From: an uncultured Lachnospiraceae bacterium
Lineage (GTDB): Bacteria > Bacillota > Clostridia > Lachnospirales > Lachnospiraceae
Length of the DNA stretch: 61,205 nt
Assembly: GCA_947628045.1 (NCBI GenBank)
Contig: CANQYP010000001.1
Span: 1 to 61,205 of the forward strand
Direction: 5' to 3'
Every line of letters begins with the position of its first letter. Position 1 is the stretch's first letter. A program made the translations under genes and the position numbers. Positions 1-10,131 of this stretch are shown here, in pieces. The notes under the pieces were generated by a model. That model made no database searches. It was given only the letters and a program-made list of their open reading frames with translations, and had not been told where the DNA came from.

Positions 1-2
1 CG

Positions 3-869
3 AAGCTTGTGGCGGTCACGGCGGCGATGCCGGACGGCACGGGGCTCAAGCGTTTCCGAAATATGTACCGGGACCGTTTTTTTGACGTGGGGATCGCAGA
101 GGCGCACGCGGTGACCTTTGCGGCTGGGCTGGCGGCTGGCGGTCTGAAACCGGTGGTCGCGGTGTACTCGTCGTTTCTGCAGAGAGCGTTCGACCAGATC
201 ATCCACGACGTCTGCATTCAGAACCTTCCGGTCGTGTTCGCGATCGACCGCGCCGGTCTGGTCGGGAGCGACGGGGAGACGCATCAGGGAATTTTCGATC
301 TCTCATATCTCTCGATGATGCCGAATATGTGCGTGATGGCGCCCAAGAACAAGTGGGAGCTTGCCGACATGCTGAAATATGCGATCGGGTATGACGGACC
401 GATCGCCCTGCGCTACCCGCGCGGGGAGGCGTACGATGGGCTGAAGGAGTTCCGCGCGCCGATCGTCTTCGGGAAGAGCGAGATCCTTTACGACGAGGAC
501 GGGCTCGCGCTGGTCGCGGTCGGCAGCATGGTGCAGACGGCGCTCGCCGTGCGCGAGATGCTCAAAGAGCTCGGCTATCAGTGCACAGTCGTGAATGCGC
601 GTTTTGTAAAACCGATCGACGAGGAAATGCTTGCGTACCTGGCGAAGGATCACCGGCTGGTCGTGACGATGGAAGAAAATGTAAAGAGCGGCGGGTTCGG
701 GGAGAAGGTGCTGGAGTACTACAACGAGACGGAGACCGACGTGCAGCTGATGCAGGTGGCGTTGCCGGACGACTATATCGAACACGGGAACGTGGATGTG
801 CTGCGCGAGGAGACCTGCATCGACGCGGAGTCGGTGTTCAAGCGGATCATCGCGCGTTACCGGCAGTAG
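3..869 (+). CDS. dxs: 1-deoxy-D-xylulose-5-phosphate synthase, C-terminal part (5' end outside window)
   Basis: AVTAAMPDGTGL, DVGIAEAHAVTFAAG, YSSFLQRAFDQIIHDV, DRAGLVGSDGETHQG motifs; conserved position before tlyA. Confidence 0.96.
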   Translation, partial: KLVAVTAAMPDGTGLKRFRNMYRDRFFDVGIAEAHAVTFAAGLAAGGLKPVVAVYSSFLQRAFDQIIHDVCIQNLPVVFAIDRAGLVGSDGETHQGIFDLSYLSMMPNMCVMAPKNKWELADMLKYAIGYDGPIALRYPRGEAYDGLKEFRAPIVFGKSEILYDEDGLALVAVGSMVQTALAVREMLKELGYQCTVVNARFVKPIDEEMLAYLAKDHRLVVTMEENVKSGGFGEKVLEYYNETETDVQLMQVALPDDYIEHGNVDVLREETCIDAESVFKRIIARYRQ

Positions 870-936
870 GTGTGAAAGCGAACCTTTTTCGAGGCTGGCG
901 TGGCTCATTGCGATATAGGAAGACGGAGATTTGTTT

Positions 937-1851
937 ATGAAGGAACGACTGGATGTGCTGCTTGTGCAGCGCGGGCTTGCGGCGTCGCGCGAGAAGGCGA
1001 AGGCGGTCATCATGGCGGGCAGCGTCCTGGTGGGCGGGCAGCGTGAGGACAAAGCCGGGACCATGATCGACGAGAAAGCGGAGATCACAATAAAAGGAAA
1101 TCAGCTCCCCTATGTGAGCCGGGGCGGATTCAAGCTGGAGAAGGCGATGAAATGCTTTGATTTGGCGCTCGATGGGCGGGTCTGCATGGACGTCGGGGCG
1201 TCGACCGGAGGCTTTACCGACTGTATGCTGCAAAATGGAGCCGCCAGGGTCTATTCGGTCGACGTCGGACACGGGCAGCTCGACTGGAAACTGCGCAACG
1301 ACGCGCGTGTGGTTTGCATGGAGAAGACCAATATCCGCTACGTTGTGCCGGAGGATATCGGGGAGCCGCCGTCGTTTGTGTCGATCGACGTGTCGTTCAT
1401 CTCCCTGACGAAGGTGCTCGGACCGGTGCGGGAGCTGATGACGGACGAAGGAGAGCTCGTCTGTCTGATCAAGCCGCAGTTTGAGGCGGGGCGGGAGAAG
1501 GTTGGCAAGAAGGGCGTCGTGCGCGACCCGGCGGTGCACGAGGAAGTGATTCGCAAGGTGGCGTCGTACGCCGCGCAGCTGGGGCTGGAGTGCGGCGGAC
1601 TGGATTTTTCGCCGATCAAAGGACCGGAGGGAAATATTGAATATCTGCTGTATCTGCGAAAAGGCGCGGAACATGCGAAGACGGAGCCGGAGACGCCCGG
1701 GTGGAAGGGCACGGAGAAAGAGCCGGAGACGCCCGGGTGGAAGGGCACGGAGAAAGAGCCGGAGACACCCGAGCGGAAAGACGCGGAGAAAGAGCCGGGG
1801 CAGGACGCGGTGCATACGGTTGTAACCGCCGCCCACGCGGCGCTTGACTGA
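937..1851 (+). CDS. tlyA: TlyA family rRNA methyltransferase (S4 + FtsJ-like) with C-terminal repeat insertion
   Basis: KERLDVLLV, YVSRGGFKLEKA, DVGASTGGFTDC, LIKPQFEAG, SPIKGPEGNIEY. Confidence 0.93.
   Translation: MKERLDVLLVQRGLAASREKAKAVIMAGSVLVGGQREDKAGTMIDEKAEITIKGNQLPYVSRGGFKLEKAMKCFDLALDGRVCMDVGASTGGFTDCMLQNGAARVYSVDVGHGQLDWKLRNDARVVCMEKTNIRYVVPEDIGEPPSFVSIDVSFISLTKVLGPVRELMTDEGELVCLIKPQFEAGREKVGKKGVVRDPAVHEEVIRKVASYAAQLGLECGGLDFSPIKGPEGNIEYLLYLRKGAEHAKTEPETPGWKGTEKEPETPGWKGTEKEPETPERKDAEKEPGQDAVHTVVTAAHAALD
1684..1798 (+). repeat. 36-bp in-frame tandem repeat (about 3.2 units) encoding EPETPGWKGTEK
   Basis: gagccggagacgcccgggtggaagggcacggagaaa exact at 1684 and 1720, degenerate at 1756. 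Confidence 0.9.
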
Positions 1852-1865
1852 AGGAGCGGTCGCTT

Positions 1866-2726
1866 ATGGATACGTTTTATGTAATCACAAATTACCAGAA
1901 AGACCCGGAATTCCAGACAGCCGGAATGATCCGGGACTATCTTGAGCAGAAGGGAAAGCGCTGCTATGTCCAGCAGTGCGGGAAGACGCAGCCGTCCGGG
2001 CAGTACAAATACACGGACGCGCGCAAGATTCCGAAGGACGTGGAATGCGTGCTGGTGCTTGGCGGGGACGGGACACTTCTGCAGGCGGCGCGGGACCTGG
2101 TGGACTGCTCTCTGCCGTTGTTCGGCATCAATATGGGGACGCTCGGATTTCTTGCGGAGATCGAGCACACCAACATCCGCCCGGCGCTGGACAAGCTGGT
2201 GAACGATGAATTCCAGGTGGAGCCGCGCATGATGCTCAAGGGCAAGGCATACCACCAGGGCAGGCAGCTTTTGAACGACATCGCGCTCAACGACATTGTC
2301 ATCAAGCGAAACGGCAAGCTGCGCGTCCTTGATTTCAACATCTATGTGGACGGTGTGTTTTTGACGGCGTATTCCGCGGACGGGGTCATTCTCTCCACGC
2401 CGACGGGCTCGACCGGCTACAATCTGTCCGCGGGAGGTCCGATCGTGGCACCGCAGGCGTCGCTGATCCTGCTGTCGGCGGTCGCCCCGCACACGCTGAG
2501 CGCGCGCTCGATCGTCCTGCCGGATAACGTGGAGATCACGATCGAGGTGAGCGCAAGGAACGATCCCGATATGGACGGCGCGGACGCCACGTTCGACGGG
2601 GATACCTCCGTGAAACTGACTTCCGGGGATCGGATCGTCATTTCCAAGTCGGAGCGCAGGGTGCCGCTGATCAAGGTGAGGAATACCAGTTTCCTCGAGA
2701 TCCTGCGCCAGAAGATGGGCAACTGA
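1866..2726 (+). CDS. nadK: NAD(+) kinase
   Basis: LGGDGTLL, GINMGTLGFL, ALND, DGVILSTPTGSTGYNLSAGGPI motifs. Confidence 0.95.
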   Translation: MDTFYVITNYQKDPEFQTAGMIRDYLEQKGKRCYVQQCGKTQPSGQYKYTDARKIPKDVECVLVLGGDGTLLQAARDLVDCSLPLFGINMGTLGFLAEIEHTNIRPALDKLVNDEFQVEPRMMLKGKAYHQGRQLLNDIALNDIVIKRNGKLRVLDFNIYVDGVFLTAYSADGVILSTPTGSTGYNLSAGGPIVAPQASLILLSAVAPHTLSARSIVLPDNVEITIEVSARNDPDMDGADATFDGDTSVKLTSGDRIVISKSERRVPLIKVRNTSFLEILRQKMGN

Positions 2727-2742
2727 GAAAGGAGCGGGAAAG

Positions 2743-3195
2743 ATGAAAAACGCGAGGCATGAGAAGATCGTAGAGCTGATCGCGAAACACGAGATCGAGA
2801 CGCAGGAGGAGCTCGCCTCTTACCTGGAAAAAGAAGGGTTCCGTGTGACGCAGGCAACGGTTTCCCGCGATATCAGGGAGCTCAAGCTGACGAAGGTGAC
2901 CGCGGAGGACGGAAAACAGAAATACACACTGATGCAGAGCCAGACGCCGGGCATGAACGAGACCTATCTGCGTGTGCTGAAAGACGGCTTTGTCTCGATG
3001 GACATGGCGCAGAACATCCTGGTCGTGAAGACGGTGTCCGGCATGGCGATGGCGGTCGCGGCGGCGATCGACGCGATGCACTGGAGCGAGGTCGCGGGCT
3101 GCATCGCGGGGGACGACACGATCATGTGCGCGATCCGCAGCGCGGAGGACACGCTGCGCGTGATGGATAAGATACAGAAGATCGTTCGCGCATAG
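2743..3195 (+). CDS. argR: Arginine repressor
   Basis: TQEEL, VTQATVSRDIREL, GCIAGDDTI motifs. Confidence 0.96.
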   Translation: MKNARHEKIVELIAKHEIETQEELASYLEKEGFRVTQATVSRDIRELKLTKVTAEDGKQKYTLMQSQTPGMNETYLRVLKDGFVSMDMAQNILVVKTVSGMAMAVAAAIDAMHWSEVAGCIAGDDTIMCAIRSAEDTLRVMDKIQKIVRA

Positions 3196-3268
3196 CGATG
3201 AGCCTTGCAAGGGTGAGGCTGCAGGGTTCGCTGCTGCAAACGAAATCGGGGAGAGTCAGGACAAGGTT

Positions 3269-4951
3269 ATGCTGGTAAGTTTGCATGTGAAAAATATGGC
3301 GCTGATCCGAGAGGCGGAGGTCGAGTTCGGCGAAGGGCTGAACATCATGACCGGCGAGACCGGCGCCGGAAAATCGATCGTGATCGGAGCGGTCAATATT
3401 GCGCTGGGGACAGGCAGTTTCCGGGACTATGTCCCGGAGGACGCGGAGTACGCGCTTGTGGAGCTTGTGTTTTCCACAGAGAATGAGACCGTCCGTCGGC
3501 TGATGGAGGAGCAGGAGATCCCGTTCGAGGACGGGGAAGTGATCATCGCGAGGCGGTATAAGGGCGGCAGGAGCGTCAGCAAGGTCAACGGCGAGACTGT
3601 GCCTGTCTCGTTCGTGCGGGAGATCGCCGCGGAGCTGATCGACATCCATGGGCAGCACGAGCATCAGTCGCTGTTGTACGAGAAGAACCATCTGAAAATA
3701 CTGGACGAGTTTGCCGGGGAGGCAATGGCGCAGAAACTGGCGCTGTGCCGGGAGCAGTGCCGCGCGTACCGGTCGGCGAAGAAACAGCTCGAGGAGGCGG
3801 ATGCCGGGGATGCCGCGCGCGCCAAGGAACTGGATTTCCTGAAATTTGAGCTGAATGAGATCGAGTCCGCCGCGCTTACGGACGGGGAGGACGAGGAGCT
3901 GGAGAGCGAATACCGGCGCATGTCGAACGGGCAGAAGATCCTGGAGGCGCTCTCGGAGACGGCGGGGCTGACGGGCGCCGGAGGATTGTCGGGCGCGGGG
4001 GATCAGATCAGCCGCGCGCTGCGTGCGTTTGGAACGGCGGCGCTCTACGACGAGTCGCTTGGCGAGCTGGAGCGGACGCTCTCCGACCTGGAATCCATGC
4101 TGAATGACTTCAACCGGGAGCTGTCCGGCTATATGGACGATTTTTCCTTTGACGCACGGCAGCTGCAGGAGACGGAGGAGCGGCTGAACCTGATCAATCG
4201 TCTCAAGACAAAATATGGCAATTCGATTGAGAAGATTCTTGCCGCCGCGCGGGAGAAGAGCGAGCGGATCGGGATCCTGTCCAATTATGAGGAATATCTT
4301 GCGGATCTGAGGGAAAGCTGTCAGAAAAGCAGAAAACAGCTTGAGCAGACCGCCGGAGAGATCTCGCGGATGCGCAAAAGCTGCGCGGCGCAGCTTGCCC
4401 GGGAGATCCAGGCTGCGCTGGTGGACCTGAATTTTCTTGACGTGCGCTTTGAGATCGCGTTTCGGGAGCTGGAGGAGCCGGGGGAGAACGGCAAAGACGA
4501 GGTGAGCTTTGTCATCTCGATGAATCCGGGACTTCCGCTGAAACCGCTTGCAAGCGTGGCGTCCGGCGGCGAGCTCTCGAGGATCATGCTTGCGCTCAAG
4601 GCTGTGATGGCGGAGCGGGATGCCATCGGGACGCTGATCTTTGACGAGATCGACTCCGGGATCAGCGGGCGGACGGCGCAGAAGGTTTCCGAAAAAATGG
4701 CAGTCATTTCCAGAAGGCATCAGGTGCTGTGCATCACGCATCTCGCGCAGATCGCGTCGATGGCGGACCACCATTTTATTATTGAGAAAAAACCGGCGGA
4801 CAGCAAGACCGTGACGAACATCGGGCTGCTCTCGGAGGAGGAGAGCATCGCGGAGCTGGCGCGCATTTTGGGCGGCGCGAAGATCACGCAGACGGTGCTC
4901 GACAGCGCGCGTGAAATGAAAGAACTGGCAAAAAACGCAAAAAAATACTAG
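3269..4951 (+). CDS. recN: DNA repair protein RecN
   Basis: Walker A TGETGAGKS, DIHGQHEHQSL, coiled coil, ASGGELSRIML, FDEIDSGISG, CITHLAQIA. Confidence 0.96.
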   Translation: MLVSLHVKNMALIREAEVEFGEGLNIMTGETGAGKSIVIGAVNIALGTGSFRDYVPEDAEYALVELVFSTENETVRRLMEEQEIPFEDGEVIIARRYKGGRSVSKVNGETVPVSFVREIAAELIDIHGQHEHQSLLYEKNHLKILDEFAGEAMAQKLALCREQCRAYRSAKKQLEEADAGDAARAKELDFLKFELNEIESAALTDGEDEELESEYRRMSNGQKILEALSETAGLTGAGGLSGAGDQISRALRAFGTAALYDESLGELERTLSDLESMLNDFNRELSGYMDDFSFDARQLQETEERLNLINRLKTKYGNSIEKILAAAREKSERIGILSNYEEYLADLRESCQKSRKQLEQTAGEISRMRKSCAAQLAREIQAALVDLNFLDVRFEIAFRELEEPGENGKDEVSFVISMNPGLPLKPLASVASGGELSRIMLALKAVMAERDAIGTLIFDEIDSGISGRTAQKVSEKMAVISRRHQVLCITHLAQIASMADHHFIIEKKPADSKTVTNIGLLSEEESIAELARILGGAKITQTVLDSAREMKELAKNAKKY

Positions 4952-5024
4952 AGTCAAACGAAGAGAACTCCACATACTGAATGCAGAGCTTTGTGAGAAA
5001 ACATACAGAAGTGGGGTGCAAAAG

Positions 5025-6296
5025 ATGAATGTCAGGCAGAAGTACAGGGGATTTGTGTGTGTTTTGCTGGGGTTCGGCATTGTGGGGCTGGGCATGTGCA
5101 GCCTGGCGGCGGTGCGCGGGCAGATTCCTTCTCAGATGCAGGTATCAGAGAGCGGGGAGCTGCCGGAGCTGTTCCACAACGCGTTTGACCGCCTGATCAC
5201 AAAAGAGATCCGCGCGCATGCTCCCGCCGTCTCGGAGACGGAGCCGGAACAGAAGTCGGTGATGGAGGTCGGAGAGACGCTTGGCGGCGCTGTGCAGGAG
5301 AGCTACCAGGTCCTGTACAGCCTGTTTGGGAGAATTCCGCTGAAGATGGTGACGGTGAGCGTCGTCCCGCGAAAACGAGTCTATGCGGGCGGCACGCCGA
5401 TCGGAATCTATCTGAAGACCGATGGCGTGATGGTCGTCGAGACGGCGGAGATACAGTCCGGGGACGGGAGCAGATGCTGCCCGTCGGAGAATATCGTGCG
5501 TTCCGGCGACTATATCAAGTCCGTCAACGGAGTGGAGACCGACACGAAGGAACGGCTCGTGGAATGCATCAGCAATTGCGGCGGGGAGGACCTGGTGCTG
5601 GACGTGGACCGTTCGGGCGAGCAGATCAGCCTCAAGGTGCACCCGGTGTTGGATGAGAGCGGCGTGTACCGCGCCGGGATCTGGGTGCGCAACGACACGC
5701 AGGGCATCGGCACGTTGACTTACATTGACGAGAATGGGAAATTCGGCGCGCTGGGGCACGGGATCAGCGACATTGATACGGGAAAGCTGCTGGATATCAG
5801 CGGAGGCACGCTCTACAATGCGGACGTGATCTCGATCATCAAGGGTTCGCAGGGCGTGCCGGGAGAACTCGCGGGCGTGATCCATTACAGCGAAGGCTAC
5901 AAGATCGGAGAGATCGAGGAAAACCGTAAGGACGGAATCTACGGGGAGACGATCGGCTTTCCGGCAAGGGCGGAGCAGATGGAGCTCTACGAGACGGCAT
6001 ACAAGCAGGAGGTTGTGCAGGGACCGGCGACGATCCTCTGCTCGGTGAACGGCGCCTGCAGGGAGTACGAGGTCGATATCCGCGAGATCCGGCTGAACGG
6101 GAGCGACGTCAACAAGGGCATGGTGCTCGAGGTGACGGACCCGGAGCTGTTGGAGCTGACCGGAGGGATCGTGCAGGGCATGTCGGGGTCGCCGATCCTC
6201 CAGAACGGCAGGATCGTGGGCGCCGTGACGCATGTGTTCGTGCAGGACGCGAAGAAAGGCTACGGGATCTTCGTGGAGAGCATGCTGGGACACTGA
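5025..6296 (+). CDS. spoIVB: SpoIVB peptidase (PDZ + S55)
   Basis: GIWVRNDTQGIGTLTY, FGALGHGI, LTGGIVQGMSGSPILQNG; follows recN; alternative GTG start at 5016. Confidence 0.95.
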   Translation: MNVRQKYRGFVCVLLGFGIVGLGMCSLAAVRGQIPSQMQVSESGELPELFHNAFDRLITKEIRAHAPAVSETEPEQKSVMEVGETLGGAVQESYQVLYSLFGRIPLKMVTVSVVPRKRVYAGGTPIGIYLKTDGVMVVETAEIQSGDGSRCCPSENIVRSGDYIKSVNGVETDTKERLVECISNCGGEDLVLDVDRSGEQISLKVHPVLDESGVYRAGIWVRNDTQGIGTLTYIDENGKFGALGHGISDIDTGKLLDISGGTLYNADVISIIKGSQGVPGELAGVIHYSEGYKIGEIEENRKDGIYGETIGFPARAEQMELYETAYKQEVVQGPATILCSVNGACREYEVDIREIRLNGSDVNKGMVLEVTDPELLELTGGIVQGMSGSPILQNGRIVGAVTHVFVQDAKKGYGIFVESMLGH

Positions 6297-6302
6297 AATT
6301 TT

Positions 6303-6344
6303 TGTCGAAAAGCGGTTGACAGGCTCTGATGACGCTTGGATAAT
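6303..6344 (+). promoter_or_regulatory. Perfect Spo0A box (TGTCGAA 6303-6309) next to a sigmaA-like promoter (TTGACA 6316-21, GATAAT 6339-44)
   Basis: Consensus match, 17-bp spacer, upstream of the EAL gene. Confidence 0.5.
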
Positions 6345-6376
6345 GGAGGAAACAGGACAGAGGGGGAGGAAAATCT

Positions 6377-7978
6377 ATGAACCGGAAGATGACAGAGAAC
6401 GAATTGCTCGCGTGCTTTGAGGACGAATTGAAGTCCGGGCATATTTATGCGGTCTATCAGCCCAAGATCAACCATGACACGGGGAGGATGATCGGCGCGG
6501 AGGCGTTGATGCGGTGGTCGCACCCGGAGTACGGAATGCAGTATCCATCAGATTTTATTCCGGTGCTGGAGGCACATGACCTGATCTTCCGCGCGGATCT
6601 GGGGATCTTTGAATTGGTTTGTCGTTTCCTGCGGAAATGCCTGGACGACGGAATTTCTCCCGTACCGATCTCGACCAATATGTCGCGCTATGATATTTAC
6701 GGAAAGGCTTACGTGGAGGAGATCGAGAAGATCCGCGGCAAATACGATGTCCCCGTGAAGTATCTCCATATCGAGGTCACGGAGACATCGGCGATCGGCG
6801 GCATGGAGCTACTTACGGATGTCCTCGATCAGCTCCACAGCAAGGGATATGTGGTCGAGATGGACGATTTCGGCAGCGGCTACTCCTCGCTGAATGTGCT
6901 CAAGGATCTTGCGGTCGACGTGATCAAGCTGGACATGCGTTTTCTCAGCGGCAACATTGGCGGCAGGGGCGGCACGATCATCAGCTCGGTTGTCCACATG
7001 GCGAAGTGGCTGGGCACTCCGGTAATCGCGGAGGGCGTCGAAACAATGGAGCAGGCGGATTATATGAAGAGCATCGGCTGCCGATACATACAGGGTTACC
7101 TCTACGCGAAACCGCTGGAGGAAGAGGATTTCCGCAGAAAGATGGAGCAGCTGGAGCAGGAACCGATGCGCGCGCCGATGGATCTGATCAACACGATGAA
7201 CGCAGGGAAATTCTGGGATCCCACGTCCATGGAGACACTCATCTTCAACAATTTCGTGGGCGGTGCGGCGATCTTTACCTACCAGGACGGCAATCTGGAG
7301 GTGCTTAGGACGAACAAGAAATACGTCAAAACGATCTGTGTCGACCTGACCGAGCAGGAGGTCATAGGCTCCGATCCGTGGAAGAGCTTTGATGAGGAGA
7401 ACCGCAGGATCTATGAGGAGACGCTCCGACGCGCCATTGAGACGGAGGACGAGGAGACCTGCGAGACATGGCGCACGATCCAGTCGAAGACCTGCGGGGA
7501 GGATAAGGTGTGCATCCGCAGCTTTATCCGCATGATTGGCAGGGCGGAGAACCAGCAGCTCTTCTATGCGATGGTGCAGAACATCACCGCGGAGAAACAG
7601 CAGTACGACCAGCTGCATGACAGCGAGCGCCGTTTTCGCTTTGCGAGTGAGCAGATCAATGTATACGCGTGGGAATATGACATCTCCAAGAAGGAAATGC
7701 GCCCCTGTTTCCGCTGCATGCGCGATCTGCATCTGCCGCCGCTTTTGGAGAATTATCCGGAGCCAGCCATTGAGATGGGTATCTTCCCGCCGGATTATGC
7801 GGACATGTACCGCGACTGGCACAGGCAGCTCGAGCAGGGCGTCGACCATCTCGAGGCGATCATTCCGCTGACGCCGGATCGAGTGCCGTTCCATGTGCGC
7901 TATACGCTGGAAAAAGATGAGGCGGGCAGACCGCTGAAGGCTTATGGGTCGGCGGCGCTGGTGGTGGACAAGGTATAG
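6377..7978 (+). CDS. EAL-domain c-di-GMP phosphodiesterase with C-terminal PAS-like region
   Basis: YQPK, EALMRW, STNMS, EVTE, DDFGSGYSSL, KLD, EGVET, QGY; no GGDEF motif seen. Confidence 0.9.
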   Translation: MNRKMTENELLACFEDELKSGHIYAVYQPKINHDTGRMIGAEALMRWSHPEYGMQYPSDFIPVLEAHDLIFRADLGIFELVCRFLRKCLDDGISPVPISTNMSRYDIYGKAYVEEIEKIRGKYDVPVKYLHIEVTETSAIGGMELLTDVLDQLHSKGYVVEMDDFGSGYSSLNVLKDLAVDVIKLDMRFLSGNIGGRGGTIISSVVHMAKWLGTPVIAEGVETMEQADYMKSIGCRYIQGYLYAKPLEEEDFRRKMEQLEQEPMRAPMDLINTMNAGKFWDPTSMETLIFNNFVGGAAIFTYQDGNLEVLRTNKKYVKTICVDLTEQEVIGSDPWKSFDEENRRIYEETLRRAIETEDEETCETWRTIQSKTCGEDKVCIRSFIRMIGRAENQQLFYAMVQNITAEKQQYDQLHDSERRFRFASEQINVYAWEYDISKKEMRPCFRCMRDLHLPPLLENYPEPAIEMGIFPPDYADMYRDWHRQLEQGVDHLEAIIPLTPDRVPFHVRYTLEKDEAGRPLKAYGSAALVVDKV

Positions 7979-8028
7979 CAGCTGCGAAATATAGCGGCTG
8001 AAAAATATTACATAGAGAGGAAAGAGAT

Positions 8029-9012
8029 ATGCGAAAGGAAAAGAAGAGAACAATTCTGATTTCACTGGGGGTGGCGGCATGCCTTGCCGCCGGATGCGCC
8101 GGATTGAATGCGGGCGCGGAGGAGCAAACGGGCGGCGTGAGCATTACGGATATGGCGGGACGTGAGGTCACGCTGGAGCAGCCGGCGGAGCGCATTGTGG
8201 CGCTCACGGCGTCGGACTGCGAGATCCTCTACGCGATCGGCGCGGGGGACAAGCTGGTCGGGCGCGGCACCTACTGCGATTACCCGGAGGAAGTCCTGGA
8301 GGTGCCGGAGGTGAATTCCGGTGAGGACATGAACATCGAGGAAGTGATCGCGCTGGAACCGGACGTGCTGCTCATGAGCGACATGGCGCAGACGGAGGAG
8401 CAGGTACAGATGCTCGAGGACGCCGGGATACGGGTGGTCGTCAGCGAGGCGAAGGATATCGAGGGCGTATACACGGCGATTGAGATGATCGGCGCGCTGA
8501 TGGGACAGGACGAGAAGGCGGCAGAAGTCATCGACGGCATGAAGGACACGTTTGAAGAGCTCTCGGAACAGGCGGTCGGCGACGGCACACAGACAGTCTA
8601 CTTTGAGGTGTCGCCGCTGGAGTACGGACTCTGGACGGCTGGCGCGAACACGTTCATGGACGAGATCGCGACGATGCTGGGAGTGAAGAACTGTTTCGCG
8701 GACGTCGACGGCTGGGGCGAGATCTCGGAGGAGCAGGTGCTGGAGCGCGACCCGGATTTCATCGTGACGATCACGATGTATTTCGGAGAGGGACCGACGC
8801 CGACCGAGGAGATCCTTTCCCGCAAGGGCTGGGAGAATGTGACCGCGGTGAAGAATCAGAAGATCCTGAACCTGCAGAACGACGAACTGTCCCGCCCGGC
8901 TCCGCGGCTCGCGGACGGAGCAAAACTGCTCTACGATTTCATTTATGGTGAGGCAGAGGAAACCGAGACGGAGATGACTCCGGCGGAAGAGGCTGCGGAA
9001 ATCGAAGAATAG
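8029..9012 (+). CDS. Cobalamin/Fe-siderophore ABC transporter substrate-binding protein (BtuF-like)
   Basis: Signal peptide, TDMAGREVTL...ERIVAL, GRGTYCDYP, NIEEVIALEPD, SRPAPR; operon with cobU-like genes. Confidence 0.88.
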   Translation: MRKEKKRTILISLGVAACLAAGCAGLNAGAEEQTGGVSITDMAGREVTLEQPAERIVALTASDCEILYAIGAGDKLVGRGTYCDYPEEVLEVPEVNSGEDMNIEEVIALEPDVLLMSDMAQTEEQVQMLEDAGIRVVVSEAKDIEGVYTAIEMIGALMGQDEKAAEVIDGMKDTFEELSEQAVGDGTQTVYFEVSPLEYGLWTAGANTFMDEIATMLGVKNCFADVDGWGEISEEQVLERDPDFIVTITMYFGEGPTPTEEILSRKGWENVTAVKNQKILNLQNDELSRPAPRLADGAKLLYDFIYGEAEETETEMTPAEEAAEIEE

Positions 9013-9031
9013 ATTTGTCAGGAGAGTCTGG

Positions 9032-10060
9032 ATGGGAAAACGCCCCGAATATTTTCGAGCAACTGAATACGTGGTCTTCAGCCTTGTCACGCTGGCGGTG
9101 ATGTGCCTGTGCGTCTGTGTCGGCAGCGTCAGCATTCCGCTGCCGGAGACGCTGCGGGTGATCTGGAATGCCCTGAGCGGGCAGGAGCAGGTTTCCGTGC
9201 AGTCGAACTCGATCATTCTGTCGGTGCGGCTGCCGCGCGTGCTCTGCGTTGCGCTCTCGGGGAGCGCGCTCTCGCTGGCGGGCGCGTCGATGCAGGGACT
9301 TCTGAAGAACCCGCTGGCGGATGGCTCCACGCTGGGGGTATCCTCCGGCGCGTCGCTCGGCGCGGTGCTCGCGATCGCGTTCGGGGTGACGATTCCGGGA
9401 CTGCCGTTTTCCGGGACGATGCTTATGGCGATCCTGTTCGCGTTCCTGTCGCTGCTGGTGATCCTTGGGCTTGCCTACAAGCTTGACTATTCCCTGTCGA
9501 CGAACACGATCATTCTGATCGGCGTGATCTATTCGATGTTCATGTCGAGTTTGATGAGCATCGTGATCACGTTCGCGTCAGATAAGATTCAGAGCATTAC
9601 CTTCTGGACGATGGGAAGTCTCCAGAATTCCAGCTACAAGAACGCGGCGATCCTTCTGGCGGTCTTTCTGCTGTGCGGCGGCGCCCTGTTCTTCCGTGCG
9701 CGGGAGCTCAACGCGTTCGCGGTGGGGGAGGACAATGCGCGGCATGTCGGCGTGGATGTGCGCAGGACGAAACTGACGGTGCTGATCATGGTGTCCATCC
9801 TGATCGGCGTCTGCGTCTCGGTGGGTGGGACGATCAGCTTTGTAGGGCTTGTCACGCCGCACATGGTTCGCATGATCGTCGGACCGAACCACAGACGCCT
9901 GCTCCCGGCGTCGGCATTTGGCGGCGCCGTGTTTCTGCTGCTTGCGGATCTGGCGGCGCGTATTCTGCTGAGACCGCGGGAACTGCCGATCGGCGTCGTC
10001 ACGAGTCTGGTGGGCGCGGTGGTCTTCGTGTTTATCTTTTACCAGACGCGGAAGAGCTGA
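9032..10060 (+). CDS. FecCD/BtuC family ABC permease
   Basis: RLPRVL, QGLLKNPLAD, GVSSGA, FVGLVTPH, ELPIGVVT. Confidence 0.92.
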   Translation: MGKRPEYFRATEYVVFSLVTLAVMCLCVCVGSVSIPLPETLRVIWNALSGQEQVSVQSNSIILSVRLPRVLCVALSGSALSLAGASMQGLLKNPLADGSTLGVSSGASLGAVLAIAFGVTIPGLPFSGTMLMAILFAFLSLLVILGLAYKLDYSLSTNTIILIGVIYSMFMSSLMSIVITFASDKIQSITFWTMGSLQNSSYKNAAILLAVFLLCGGALFFRARELNAFAVGEDNARHVGVDVRRTKLTVLIMVSILIGVCVSVGGTISFVGLVTPHMVRMIVGPNHRRLLPASAFGGAVFLLLADLAARILLRPRELPIGVVTSLVGAVVFVFIFYQTRKS

Positions 10061-10131
10061 AAGCGGGTACAGTTTCGGGCGCCCGCTTTAGGCTGTGTTA
10101 GACGAAATAAGAATCAGAAAGGGGTGACCGC

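Noticed and set aside
3122-5095. Long antisense ORFs (657 aa here; likewise 35825-37432, 55076-56356, 59580-60863 and others)
   Set aside because: Shadows of GC3-rich real genes on the opposite strand; no SD, no motifs.
7979-8028. Cobalamin riboswitch upstream of the btu-like operon
   Set aside because: Gap is only about 50 bp and lacks B12-box motifs.
10060-10089. Hairpin between the btuC-like and btuD-like genes as a regulatory RNA
   Set aside because: Short single stem with a large loop; at most a weak terminator or stabiliser.
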